Position numbers and translations under genes: made by a program. From positions 434,001 to 498,000 of the forward strand of contig JAIVFI010000033.1 of NCBI GenBank assembly GCA_025558095.1: a stretch of 64,000 nucleotides of DNA. Direction: 5' to 3'. Of the stretch, positions 35,759-47,409 are shown one piece after another (position 1 is the stretch's first letter; each line of letters begins with the position of its first letter). The stretch comes from Hyaloraphidium curvatum SAG 235-1 (taxonomy: Eukaryota > Fungi > Monoblepharomycota). The notes beneath the pieces were generated by a model, which was given only the letters and a program-made list of their open reading frames with translations, did no database searches and was not told where the DNA came from.

Positions 35759-38700
35759 CTAGTCATCGCCCAGGTACACCTCCTCACCCAGCTGCGCGTA
35801 TTCGAGCAGCAGCCGGTACAGGTAGCACTCCATGTCCGCGATCCTCAGCCGTGCCGCAGCCACCTCGGCAGCTTTGCGCGCCATCCTTTCCGCCTCGGCG
35901 TCGTGCTTCATCGCCCACGCCAGCCGCGACTCGAGATCCGACAGCGTCACGTTGAGGTGGATGTAGTGCACGTCGGGGAGGATGTACTGGTCAAACCAGT
36001 TGGAGAAGAGGGACATGCGGAAGACGAGGGAGCCGCCCCAGAGGAAGGTCTCGAAGCCTGAAACAAGAACGTCGGCGAAACGCAGCAGACGTCGAGTACG
36101 ACAACCCACGTTGACTCCAGGTGTTGCCGTCCACGTCGAACAGGTACTTGTACCCCAGGCACTCGCCCGTGCCCATCCAGTTCCCGGTGCCGTAAAAGTT
36201 CTTGACCAGCGCGCACATGTTGACCCGCTTCTCGTTCTTGGCCTTGACCCGCTTGCGCGGCGGCGGCACCGGCGGCGGGGGGTGCCGCCTGAGCTGCGGG
36301 TTCAGAGCGGTGACGTTGGCGCGGAGGAGAGGGTGCGGTCGCTTCTTGAGCGGCGGGCCGTCGGCGGGTGCTTCGGGCTGCGAGGATCGCGAGGGAAGGC
36401 CGAAGCCGGGCCTAAAGCGCCCGAGCACGGGGCGCTGCGCCTCGTCGCCGCCCTCCGCTGCCGCGCCGTCGTTGGGTGGAGGCGGCCGACTGATCGGCTT
36501 CCGCGTTGCTGCGTCGCCCGGCGCAGCGCCGTCCGGCACGACACCCGGAGGCGATCCCTTGGCCGGCGGCCTGTCCGGCTTTCCTTTGCTCTGCCGGTCC
36601 TTCCTCGCCAGCGGCCCCAGCGGCGCCCCGTCCACGGGCCCTTCGTCCACCTGCCGCTTGTGCAGCCTGCGCCGCGCCGGCGGCGGTTCCTCGCCTTCCG
36701 GCTCGGGGGGGACGTCCCCCTCGCCCCCGGCATCGCCGTCGAACGGCTCCCCGCGGCCGTCCTCGGGCGGGAGCTCCCCCTCGGCCTCGCCGGGGGGCAT
36801 GTCCTCCTCAGCGCCTTCCATCCCCTCCCCTGCATCCTCCGGCTCGACGGGAACCTCCTCTCCTTCTCCTTTGCCCGCCTCGTTCGGCGGCTGCCCCTTG
36901 CCTTCCTTCCTCTCCCTCCTCAGCTTCTCCAGCGCCCCGCGCAGCCTCTCCCCCACCCTGTCCCGCTTCCACTCCTCCTCGTCCCTCCCGTCCGGCACGT
37001 CCGGATCGAACGCCGCGGTCCCGTTGGCCTTCTTCGGCCGCACCTGCGTGCCGCGCCGCTCCGCAGACAGCTCCTCCAGCAAATTCTCGAGCGCCTCCTC
37101 GTCCCCCTCCGCGCGGTAGTCAAAGTCGATGCGCTCGAAGTAACCGCCCCTCCCGCCGCGCCCGTCGTCGCACTGTATCACGTCCGTGAACTGCAGGTCC
37201 ACCAGGTCCTTCCCCTGCGCCATCAGCCGGTTGGACAGCTCTACCGCCCTCGGCCTTTGGAAGTCCCTCCACGGCGCCGACGCCGTCAGCTGGCCCCCCG
37301 TCGACCTGCCGCGCCAGATCATCTTGGGCTTGCGCTGGTTCCACGGCGGGGGGTTCATCCCCGGAGGCGTCTTTGTCCGCAGGCTGAGGTGGTTGGGCAG
37401 GATGATGTCCTGGAAGCACGACACGGCGTCCTCGTCGTGCGGGGATCCGCGCGCGCCGAGCCAGGGCTTGGTGGCGGTGAAGACGGGGATGAGGGTGTAC
37501 GCGGGCTTGAAGGAGGTGGGGGCGAGGAAGAAGCCGTGCAGGGACATGGCGCGCTCGGCCGCCGGGTGGGTGCGAAGCGGGGGGCACCGCTCGCGGAGGA
37601 GGGGTCGGATGTCCTTGGAGGCATAGTCGTGGAAGGGGATGGGTTTGCGCGGGTCGAAGGGGATGGGGTCGCCCGAGGGGTCGTCGGGAGGGGTGGGGGG
37701 GAACCGCGCGAGGTACGAGGCGTTGGGGAGTGGGGGCAGCTGGACGGTGCGGTCGTCGTGGAACATGCGCAGTCGCGAGACGTTGTAGAGCCAGTCGACG
37801 CGCGCCGAGAGGTCGTCCGCCTCGGTGTCGGTGAGCGCGCGCTGCGAGTCCTCCCAGGCGAGCACGCGCGGCTCGTCGAGCCAGTTGACGATCATGTCCA
37901 TGTCGGGCAGGGCCCAGGCGAACTTGGCGATGGGCACCTTGGTCACCTCTGCGCCTTCGCCCCACGTGAAGACGGACCCGTTGCGGATGCGGAGGTAGTG
38001 CTTTGCGTGCTCCTCCTGCTCCATCAGCGCGCCGACCACGCGCCGCAGCAGGTCCGCGCGGCCCTTGTACCGCACGCGGTACGGCTTCAGGTCGCGCTCG
38101 ATGGCGGGGTAGTGGTCCAGCTCGCAGCGGTGCTTGTCGGCCCACGAGACCCAGCCCTCGAAGCCGGGCGGCGGCAGGCGCGCGTGGAGGCGGACGTAGC
38201 GGCAGATTGTGCGCAGCGTCAGCCGCTCCAGGCGGTTACCCGACGGCGGTTCGTCGGGGTCGCCGTCCACGAAGCCTGAAAAGGGGGGGAAATGACGACG
38301 ATGAGGGGCAGTTGGCGACGTAGGGGGGGCGAGATTGAGAAATTGACCAGGGTCGCCCGGGACGCGTCCCGTGGTCAGAACCCCGAGAAATCCGGCAGAT
38401 GGCCCGATGGGGGGGAATTGCTCGTTAAGAAGAGTGATAGGCAGGAGGGCAGACGGCCCACCTTCGTCCTCGACGCCGTCGCAGTCCTCCATCAGGCGGC
38501 GCTTCCAGCGCGCCCTCAGCACCGGGTCGCCGGGCGGCCGCCACGCCTCGTCCGCCGCGCGCCGCCTCTTTGGCCTGGCCGGCTTGGCGGCATTCTCCTT
38601 CCGCGCCTTCGCGGCGAGGCGGCCGCGGCGGACGAACGGCGCGCGGCTCTCCGACGTCGGCGGGGCCGCGCGCTCCACGCCGGCCGGCCGCGGCCCGCCG

Positions 38701-38774
38701 AGCAGCGACAGCGCGCCGAGCAGCAGCGCGAGCGGCAGCAGCAGCCGCAGCGCCCGCACCACAAGCTTGTTCAT
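35759..38774 (-). CDS. Glycosyltransferase family 90 (CAP10/Cxt1-like xylosyltransferase)
   Basis: Type II anchor, PPPGFEGW, LPDMDMIVNWLDEPRV, WRGRSTGG, YKYLFDVDGNTWS|RF and WFDQYILPDVHYI. One intron near 36057-36115. Confidence 0.9.
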
Positions 38775-38797
38775 CGCGGCATGTCGGTGGTGGCAGA

Positions 38798-39080
38798 GAA
38801 CTCGAGAACGCGGGGAATTGCTGCGCCCGCCGCCCACCAGACCCCTGTCGGCACTGAACACGGGCGGACGCGCCGGGGTAAGGAAGAGCAGGCGGAACGA
38901 GAAACCCATGTCGTAACTGCTGGATGGACGACTCTCTGGTGTCTCGTCGTTTGATTGTTCTCAGCTTCTCACCCGCTTGGTCGACTCAGTGTGTCCCGGT
39001 CTTCGCAGTCGATCTCCATCAGATCATAGCCCAATCCATCAACCTCGGCAGCCAGCAACGCCGGAGGCTGAAAATGAAAT
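38798..39080 (+). repeat. Direct repeat copy A (duplicated divergent-promoter segment)
   Basis: GAACTCGAGAA..GGGGAATTGCTGCGCCCGCCGCCCACCAGACCCCTGTCG...CCCAATCCATCAACCTCGGCAGCCAGCAA matches 41228-41490. Confidence 0.9.
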
Positions 39081-39517
39081 GCCCAAGAGCTCGTAGGGAG
39101 GATCGAAGCGTAACACTTGGTGCTTCGCTCGGGACCGCGGGGTCTGTTTGACACGCCGGCCGCATCCTGTCCTGCTGTGGCCATCCACACCTTCCTCGCT
39201 CGGGTCCTCCGAGTATTCGACCTCGAGCTCGTCAATGAGGACGAGCTAGCCAATGATGTCGTCTGGAGCGAGGATCTCGCCAAGCGGGAGGCGCAATGTG
39301 GATTCCCTCGCGCTCCGTTCCATGCGAGGTCGCTTGACAGCTGGCTGGCAACAGACGACGTCGCCATCACACTCGGCTTAAAGCAGAGTGTCGAATTTTT
39401 GCTTGGATCTGCCATTTTTCGGATGTTTTTCCGTCAATTACGAACACTCGGATTACAAAATCGGATTTGGTTGCCAACGGCGCGCAAACTTTCTTCTGTC
39501 CATCGTGATAGCTACGT

Positions 39518-41053
39518 TTACGTCAGTAGCAAGAGAATGCCCATGCACGTCGATGCCGAGCCCAGAATCCCCCAATTAGACCGCCAAGACCCCGCTGCGG
39601 ATGGCTTCGTCGTGGATGACGACATCCCGGTGCTGGTAGCCGAAGTGGTAACAGCTGTCGACAGACCGCTGGTGTACGTGGTCGTCGCGCATTGCGCGCG
39701 CCAGAAATCGAAAGCCTCCCCACCGGAAGGACCTGGGCGGAGGAAAAGCGCGAATCAGACGCAGCGTCGGCCACAAAATGAGCGGCATGACCCACAGATC
39801 TGCTTCAGGGCGACATGAAAAGCCGACGCATTGGCGCATACGCAGGCCGCGTCCGGAAAAGGCAGGCTGTCATCAAGACACCCGATCTGCCTCGCAGCGC
39901 GAAACGTGCCGTTCGTGGAGCAAGGATCAGACCCTACGTCTGCTGCGATCGCCGAGGGGAGCGAGGAAACGATTGCGATTCTCGAAGTCGTAGTGGTTGC
40001 GTTTGGAGCAGAAAATGAGTCCGCAATCCCGTTCGTTCTCGGTGGACACGGGCAGCAAGTGAGCCTCACATTACGGCCAAAACCGTCCGGGTTGGTTTGT
40101 GCCATGTTTATCACCTGCAGCAGGGTGAGAAGCCCCCGGCTGCAATCTCCCGAGGAGCATACTGCAGAGTCAATCGCAGCCTGCGCAGCTTCTTGCCCGG
40201 TGCAGGGACAGCACTCCGGCTCACCGCACTCTCCCGGCTGGCACGTCAGGAGACACTTGCGGTGCGCGCAATTCGTCGGCACCACGCATTTCACCTGGCA
40301 ATCCAGGTCCTCGCACGCGGGTTTGCAGTTCAGCTTGTCGCCGGAACAAGCGCCGTTGTAAAAGAAGCCGCACTCGGGGGGTGGGCAGACGAGCTCGCAC
40401 TGTGGGCACGCGTCGCGGTTCGAGCAGCACTCTGTTTCCTCGGCTTTCGGGCATCTGATGTAGCAGTTCGGGCTTTTGCAGTCGGAAGTCATGGTAGCGC
40501 AGGTGGCCGGGCAGTCGACCTTGCAGACGGGACGCTCGCAGACGGGCTTGCAGTTGCCGGGGCAGGTTTCGTCGCACTCCCAACGGCACCGCGGCGCGTC
40601 GCACGTGGTCACGCACATCGGCTCGTCGCGGCACCTGCACTGGCCGATGTTTGGGGAGATGGCGCACTGGGGAGGCGCGCACACGACCTCGCACTGCGGG
40701 CAGACCTTCGAGTCCGGGCAGTAATCGGCGGGGCATCTGATCGAACATATCGGTTTCTCGCATTGCTTGGTGCAACCGACCGTTCCTTGGCACTCCTCCC
40801 CCTGAGGGTCGCAGCGCATTTCGCATTGAGGCCGAGAGCAAATCGGGTGGCACACGGGCGGGCACGTAAGGTCGTTGCAATTCCACTCGCACTTTGGTGC
40901 GCACTTCTCCGACGCGCCGCGGTGGACGCAAGCGAAGATGAGGAGCGCAAGCACGGCGGCGCGGAGGAGGGTGGTGGGCGTTTTCGCGCGCCGCGCTGGG
41001 CGTTCGAGAAGATGAGGAGCCCGAGCGACGGCGCCGAAGAGCGGGGAGGGCAT
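39518..41053 (-). CDS. Extremely Cys-rich secreted, probably GPI-anchored surface protein
   Basis: Hydrophobic leader and repeats of CxWxC..C...CxPxCxxPxC. Intron 39733-39795 joins in frame to an S/T-rich tail ending GILLLLT*. Confidence 0.8.
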
Positions 41054-41227
41054 TTTGGACGCGATTCGTGGGCGAACGCAACAATTGCTGTGCGGCGGGC
41101 GCAACAACTCCAACACAGCCCGATCATCCCCCGAACGGACTTTCAAAGCATCAGTTTATTCCTCGGTAATGTGTGTACGTACAGGTCAGGGTGCTCGTGT
41201 ATCGTGATTAGCAAGCTTAGCCTTCCT

Positions 41228-41490
41228 GAACTCGAGAAGGCGGGGGAATTGCTGCGCCCGCCGCCCACCAGACCCCTGTCGAACACGGGCGGACGGGCCT
41301 AAAGGGGGTTAAGGAAGAGCAGGCGGAAAGAGAAACCATCTCTTAGCTGCTAGATGGACGAGTCTCTTGTGTCTCGGTGTTTGATGGTTTTACCTACTGT
41401 CCCCGGTCTTCCCAGTCAGTCTCCGTCAGATCATCGCCCAATCCATCAACCTCGGCAGCCAGCAATGCCGGAAGCTGCAAAAAGTGAAGC
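41228..41490 (+). repeat. Direct repeat copy B, including the ATG of the downstream MYND gene
   Basis: Aligns with 38798-39080, with indels. Confidence 0.9.
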
Positions 41491-42254
41491 TCTGATCGTC
41501 GCTGATCCGATTGTGGACCGCGACCCCATCACCGCCGTCCTCCTGCGCGGCAGGGTCGTCATCTTCGACACCCGCAACTCGACCTTCGTCTCCCTCCCCG
41601 CCGAAGCCCTCGTCCCCCCGCACCCGCCGGGCTCCAGCGAGCACTACTACTACCGCGCCACGGACCTCTCCCACCGCGCCGCCGGCGAGGCGGGGCTGGG
41701 CTCGGACTGGCCGTGCCTCGGGTGCCGCGGGCGAGCGACCGGAGCGCGATGCTCAACTCGCACAGCATCCTCGGGTACCGCAGGACGGCGCACGTGGAGG
41801 TCCCCGAGGGGAGGGCGCCGTACAAGTGGGTGCAGTACCGCGTGCCGGTGTGCGCGGGAAAGGGCAGCGTGTGCTACGCCAAGGGCCTCGAGATCGCCGA
41901 GCTGGCGGCCGAGGAGAAGGGCAACGCGGGCAAGCCGCCCGAAGTCACGGGGAGGCACGGTCGGGAGCACCACAGAGGTGCACCACGCGCTTTTCTACGG
42001 GAGCGTTACCCGGTAGGGCGAACACCAAGGGCCTGGCTCAGTGTGCCACGGGGAGGCCGGCGTTCCGCGCGTGCAAGTACTGTTTGAAGACGAACTACGA
42101 GCTCGGGGTCGAGTTCAGGCGGTGCGGGAGGTGCAGGATGGCAGAGTACTGCGGGGAGGAGTGCCAGAGGAAGGATTGGAGGAAGGAGCACAGGGAGCAG
42201 TGCACGCCTAGGAGCGAGCTCAAGGCGGAGCTGAAGAAGAAGTGGGATTTCTGA
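41465..42254 (+). CDS. MYND-type zinc-finger protein
   Basis: CKYC...CGRC...YCGEECQRKDW..H...C at the C-terminus. Frame changes imply introns, with boundaries not fixed. Confidence 0.72.
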
Positions 42255-42514
42255 TTTATTCTAGGCTGTGTTTGGACAAGGGCCGGCGCAGCAGGGAGGA
42301 AGGCGCCGCGGTGACCGTGTAGGGAGGCTCGGGACGAGAAGAAGCAAGATTTTGCTGTGATGGAGCACGCGCAGCTGGACGAGCGATGTATCTGGATGAT
42401 ATTCACTGCTGATGGATGGGAGACACCGCGGTCCATGCCTGAAGTGGAGCAGCCGGCGGTGGCACGGCCGGCGACGAGACTAATCCACGCCGCACCACAA
42501 TTCCACGCGCCGCG

Positions 42515-43288
42515 ATGGGCTCCGCCGCGCCCGCGTACTCCTTCGGCACCACGCCGACCGCCGCCGACCGGCTGCTCGTCCTCGCGCGCGTCTTTGACGG
42601 TTCCATGGCCGCGGCGCTCTCGCTGCTCCCGCGCCGCCGCTTCCGCGCGCTGCTCGACCTCGGCTGCGGCCCGGGCTCGACGACGGAGCGGCTGCTCGCG
42701 CACGTCGACGCGGAAAGGGCGGTCGGCGTCGACGCGTCGGCCGAGTTCCTCGCGCTCGCGAGGGAGCGCTTCCCCGCCGCCGAGTTCGTCGCGGGCGACG
42801 TCCGCGAGAAGTTCCCCCTCGAGCGGCCGGACCTCGTCTACGCGCGGTACCTGCTCTCCCACCTCTCCGACCCGCTGGACGTCGTGCGCGGCTGGGCCTC
42901 GCAGCTCGCGCCGGACGGCTTCCTCGTCCTCGAGGAACCCGAAGGCATCCACAGCTCCGATCCCCTGGTGGAGGAATACCTCCGCCTGACCGAGGGCCTG
43001 ATCGCCGGTAGGGGTGCCGACCTCTACGTCGGGAAGAAGCTGCGCGACCTCGGCGGGGTGGCGAACAGGTGCCTGGAGGTGCCCGTGCCGATGCGCGACG
43101 CGGCGACGATGTTCTCGATGAACATCGCGACCATCAGGAACGATGGGTGGGTGAAAGCCAGGTACGATGAGGGGACGCTGGATCGGCTGGCGGTGGGATT
43201 GGAGAGACGCGCCACGGGCGAGGTGGGGTTGGGCGAGGCGGTGGTGTGGAGCCAGAGGCAGGTGGTAATCGCCGGTGGGGCACCGTAG
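42515..43288 (+). CDS. Class I SAM-dependent methyltransferase
   Basis: Intronless. LLDLGCGPG, GVDASAEFL, DLVYARYLLSHL and LAPDGFLVLEE. Confidence 0.9.
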   Translation: MGSAAPAYSFGTTPTAADRLLVLARVFDGSMAAALSLLPRRRFRALLDLGCGPGSTTERLLAHVDAERAVGVDASAEFLALARERFPAAEFVAGDVREKFPLERPDLVYARYLLSHLSDPLDVVRGWASQLAPDGFLVLEEPEGIHSSDPLVEEYLRLTEGLIAGRGADLYVGKKLRDLGGVANRCLEVPVPMRDAATMFSMNIATIRNDGWVKARYDEGTLDRLAVGLERRATGEVGLGEAVVWSQRQVVIAGGAP

Positions 43289-43568
43289 CTTTGCGATTGC
43301 CAAGAGAGAGGTAGCAATCCTGGATGCTTCTCATCGGTGCCCTCGAAGCCGCAACGGGGCACGTGCAGGGCGCGGATTCCCGAGGGATTTCCGCGTCTGG
43401 GGGACCAGGGCCCTTGCCCGAGATTGCGGCTGCCCAGGAGCGCAACCGGGCCTTGCTCCGCGCCGCTTCGAGCTCCATATCGGCGCCGACGAAGCGTTTT
43501 CTCCCAGCCGGGTCCAGGAGCCGCACACAAACCAGCGAGGCTCCGTCCCCCCGGGTCCCACTTCGGCG

Positions 43569-45137
43569 ATGGCTCCCGAACCGTTCGCCAACCCAGATTG
43601 GCCAAAAGACATCGTCGACGTGCAGCTCGGCTCGCAGATTTATCCGCACCTCTTCCTCGGCTCGGTCAACGCGGTCTGCGTGGACCCGGACCCGCTCGGC
43701 GCGGCCGAGTTCCTGCGCGCCAGGAGGGTGACCCACATTTTAACCGTGGCGGCGGAGCCGACGACGATGCCGGACGTCCCGGCGATCGAGAAGGCGCTGG
43801 GGAGACCGATAGGGTGGATGCACCTCCCCAAGGTGGGCGGACCGGGCCGTCGCGGGCCTCGAATGCCAGCTGACACTCCTGCCCACCGCACCTCGCGACA
43901 GGCCGCCGACAATCCGACCTACGCCATCATCGAGGACTTTGAGCTCGCCAACGAGTACATCGAGGGCGTGCTCAGGCCGTACTACGCTGCCGTGGCGCAA
44001 AAGTACCTCGACTCGAAGAAGAACGCGTCCAATCGCGCGCCGGTGCCCGCGACCAAGGGCAACGAGGACCCCGCGCCGGCCAAGGACGGTGGCGTGGTCG
44101 ACATCCCGTTGGTCCCGGGGCAGGCGCCCAGCCCCGCGCCCGAGGAGAAGAAGCGCCGCGGGTCGTTCAGCAAGGCCATCGGCGCCATCACCGGCACCGT
44201 CGGCCACGTCGCGGGGGCGGTGGGGTCGGCGGCCGGCTCGGCGGTCCGCGGGATCGACCACGCCGTCGGCGGACTGGCGAGGAAGCTGGTCCACCACGCG
44301 CCCGATTCCGTGGACAAGATCCTGCCCGCCGAGGTGCAGCCCTCGGAGGAGGTGGCCGCCGCCATCGCGCGGGGGATGTCGGGCATCCAGGCTTCGAGGC
44401 CAAAGTCGCCGCAGAGGAGCAACTCCCCCATCACCCTCGTCGCGGACCACGCCCTGGAGGACCTCCTCGAGCCCATCGACCCCGAGGAGCACGCCCTTGC
44501 CGCGGACGCCGACGGCGCTCCGGAGATCAGCGGGGAAGACACCGCGGCGCAGCATGCGCAGTGGGAAAAGGACTCGGCAGAGTACTTCCGCCGGCCATAC
44601 AAGGTGGCGGACCTCCCGGACCCGCTGGGGAAGGACGGCGAGAACTACCCGGTGCTGTTCATCCACTGCCAGATGGGGGTAAGTGGCGCGTTTAGCTCTT
44701 CCCGGTCGGCGGCATCTGACCATGCTACCTGTCCCCTGCGTCAGATCTCGCGCTCGGCGACCATCGCCACGCAGCATCTCATGAAGCTCGGCGCCGCCGC
44801 CCCCTATCTCATCCGCCTCCTCACCGGGCAGAAGCGAAAATTCGACTACCACGGCGCCCTCGAATACATCCACGCGCGCAGGCCCGTGGCGATGCCCAAC
44901 AGCGGGTTCCGGCTGCAGCTCCAGATCTGGGAGCGGATGGGGTCGCAGAAAGTGAGGAAGGACACGGACGCGTGGAGGTTCTACGAGACCAACAGGAAGT
45001 ACCTGCTGCACCGGATCGAGGTGGCCAAGGAGGCACTCGCGATGGAGGAGGCGGCGAGGAAGGAGCGGGAGACGACGGCGACGGAGGAGGACAAGGGGGC
45101 GAGCCAGGTCGCCCCGACAGCCGCGTTGAATCGGTGA
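43569..45137 (+). CDS. Dual-specificity protein phosphatase with large internal insertion
   Basis: HLFLGS, VTHILTV, P-loop HCQMG|ISRSAT split by an intron, and AMPNSGFRLQL. Confidence 0.9.
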   Translation: MAPEPFANPDWPKDIVDVQLGSQIYPHLFLGSVNAVCVDPDPLGAAEFLRARRVTHILTVAAEPTTMPDVPAIEKALGRPIGWMHLPKVGGPGRRGPRMPADTPAHRTSRQAADNPTYAIIEDFELANEYIEGVLRPYYAAVAQKYLDSKKNASNRAPVPATKGNEDPAPAKDGGVVDIPLVPGQAPSPAPEEKKRRGSFSKAIGAITGTVGHVAGAVGSAAGSAVRGIDHAVGGLARKLVHHAPDSVDKILPAEVQPSEEVAAAIARGMSGIQASRPKSPQRSNSPITLVADHALEDLLEPIDPEEHALAADADGAPEISGEDTAAQHAQWEKDSAEYFRRPYKVADLPDPLGKDGENYPVLFIHCQMGVSGAFSSSRSAASDHATCPLRQISRSATIATQHLMKLGAAAPYLIRLLTGQKRKFDYHGALEYIHARRPVAMPNSGFRLQLQIWERMGSQKVRKDTDAWRFYETNRKYLLHRIEVAKEALAMEEAARKERETTATEEDKGASQVAPTAALNR

Positions 45138-45387
45138 TTTACCTAACTTATGACTCGTCTACTTCGAATATGGCACTGCTGTTCCTTTTGCGGTCTCGCG
45201 AGTCATCTCTCACGTGTTGTTTGGGGCTGTGCGCGGCGGCGGCGGCGAGGCGGAGGGGGCCGGATGACTCCGGGCCCCAAGTGACTCGAACTTCTGGCCG
45301 ACCTCAACATTCGCTTCTCTCGGCCTCCTTGCTCTTCGCCGAGCCGTGCCGAACTTCCTATCCTTGATCCCATTCCCCTGCCCCGCG

Positions 45388-47136
45388 ATGGCCTCCCGCC
45401 TTGCGCTGGCCGCCGCGGCCGTCGCGCTCCTAGCAACGACCGCCAACGCCCAGGCCTACGCCCCCAACGTCGGCTTCGACGACCCCGACATGTCGTGGGC
45501 GGTGAGTAAAAGCGACCGCCGTGGCACCCAAGTGGTTCCCGGGCTTCGTTCCCGGTCGGCCGCGGGTCGCCCGCCGTTGAGGATCCCCGCTGACTCGCCG
45601 CGCGCCCAGTTCATCGGCTGCCGCGACCGCAACAACGACGTCGCCGCCGCGTGTCAGAAGACACTCGGCGCGCTCTACCAGCCTGGATACGGCATCGCCG
45701 AGTTCCAGGGCCTCCGTCCCGGTGAGTCGCCCGGTGCTGCCCAACATAACAGTGCTGACCGTCTGTTGTCCTCCTCCAATTCTTCTTGGGTTCCTGCTCG
45801 TCAGACGGGAAGAACAAGTGCGATACCCCTAATCCCTTCGCCACCTGGTGCGCCGTGAAGGTCCCCGGCTTCAGCGCCGGGCAGTGCCTGCTCTCTTGCG
45901 ACGACAACGGAGCCTACGTTATGGCTGGCAACTATTACGGCACCCAGGCCTGCCTGGGCTCCAGCGGCGACACCTGCACGTGGGTTTTGACGCCCAAGTG
46001 CCTCGATCCGAGCTCACCCCTTGGTGATCACCTAGCTGGTTCAAGGATCAGTCCTGCCAGGAGCTCCAGCCCTTGGCGCAGGACATCAAGCAGGTCGCCG
46101 GCACAATCCAGTGCCTCTACGGCGGTGCCGCTACCGGAGGGTGGTGTGCCGCTGCCTGGCAGGCCATCGGCATGCTCAACCCGCAGCTGAGCTGCGACGC
46201 GCCACCCCCTCCCCCTCCCCCGCCGCCGCCGTCGGACGACTGCAAGGCACCCACGGGGGGCCCTGACTATGGCGGCTCGGCATGGACCTGCGTCCAGGAC
46301 AAGATGGGCTCGATGAACTGGTGGGGGAGACACGACACTCTGTGATCTGCATTCCTGATTCGCCCGTGAAGGGTTCCGGTCAAGCTTACGGCGTGGGACA
46401 ACGCCTGCTGCATGTCCAAGAACTCCCGCGACTGCATCTGGGCCGACAAGGACTGCTGCTTCAAGCTGGCAAGCTCGGGCGACGGGTTGGTGGCACCTTT
46501 CGAACTGAACCGACCTCAGCGCTTATCCCTTGTTGCAGCACAACTCCCTATTTCGAGTGCGGACCGATCCACCAGTCCGTTTGGGGCTCGACGGGATATG
46601 AGGACCCGAACTCGGTACGTTGCACGCGCTCGACATCACGAGCCTTCGCTGATCACCGTTACCTTCTTGCCCAACAGTGGTGCAACTCGGCGATGGTCGA
46701 ACTCGGAGGCGTCCCTCCCCCGCCGAAGCCGACCGAGGCGACGCCGATGTGCACCAAGACCTTCGACGCCAAATGCATCGGCGGCAAGTACGTCTCCTCC
46801 GAGGAGGCTTCCCTCTTCTTCTGCGAGGACCAGTCCACCCCGGCGTCGTACCTGAAGTACGTCTACAAGGGCGAGGACGGCTGCGGCGCCTACGGCTCCA
46901 ACTACGACGTCACCTGCCAGGTCGTCACGGGGTGCGACTCGACCTACGACGTTGCCTTCACGACCGTGACCGTCCCCGACGCCACCGCGCCCTGCATGGC
47001 CGGGCCGAACCAGAGTGGGAGCGTGGCCGCGGCGTGCACGGCCGCGTGCGGGGTCAGTGTGGACGATGGCAAGGGGTGGGCCGGTTGGGAGTGCAAGGAC
47101 AACACTTTGTACTGCACATGCACGGGCAAGGTGTGA
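45388..47136 (+). CDS. Secreted multi-exon Cys-rich protein of unknown function
   Basis: Signal peptide MASRLALAAAAVALLATTANA, several Cys/Trp-rich modules separated by poly-Pro linkers, and several short introns. Confidence 0.7.
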
Positions 47137-47409
47137 GGCCGCGGCGTCGAATGGCATGAACTGCTTGCTCTGAGCACAGCCGAGTCCCGGCTTGATGTGC
47201 GTCGAACCAGTATGCACTCCTTGCATTCGCATCCCTGGCTGGACTCCGGTTAAGTGGTCCGGTCCTCGTAGCGAGGAAAGAGCTGAAGCTCTCGCCGCAT
47301 CAAATGCGAAAGACCTTCGTTGGTTTCGATCCTGCCGTTTTTGGACCCTGAGCACCGAAACTCCGGGCTTGGCTCTCAACAACGCCACCGAAGTTACTCA
47401 CCTTCCACC

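Noticed and set aside
39117-39818. 233-aa plus-strand ORF
   Set aside because: No motif, non-ATG start, and its 3' half is antisense to the last exon of the Cys-rich gene.
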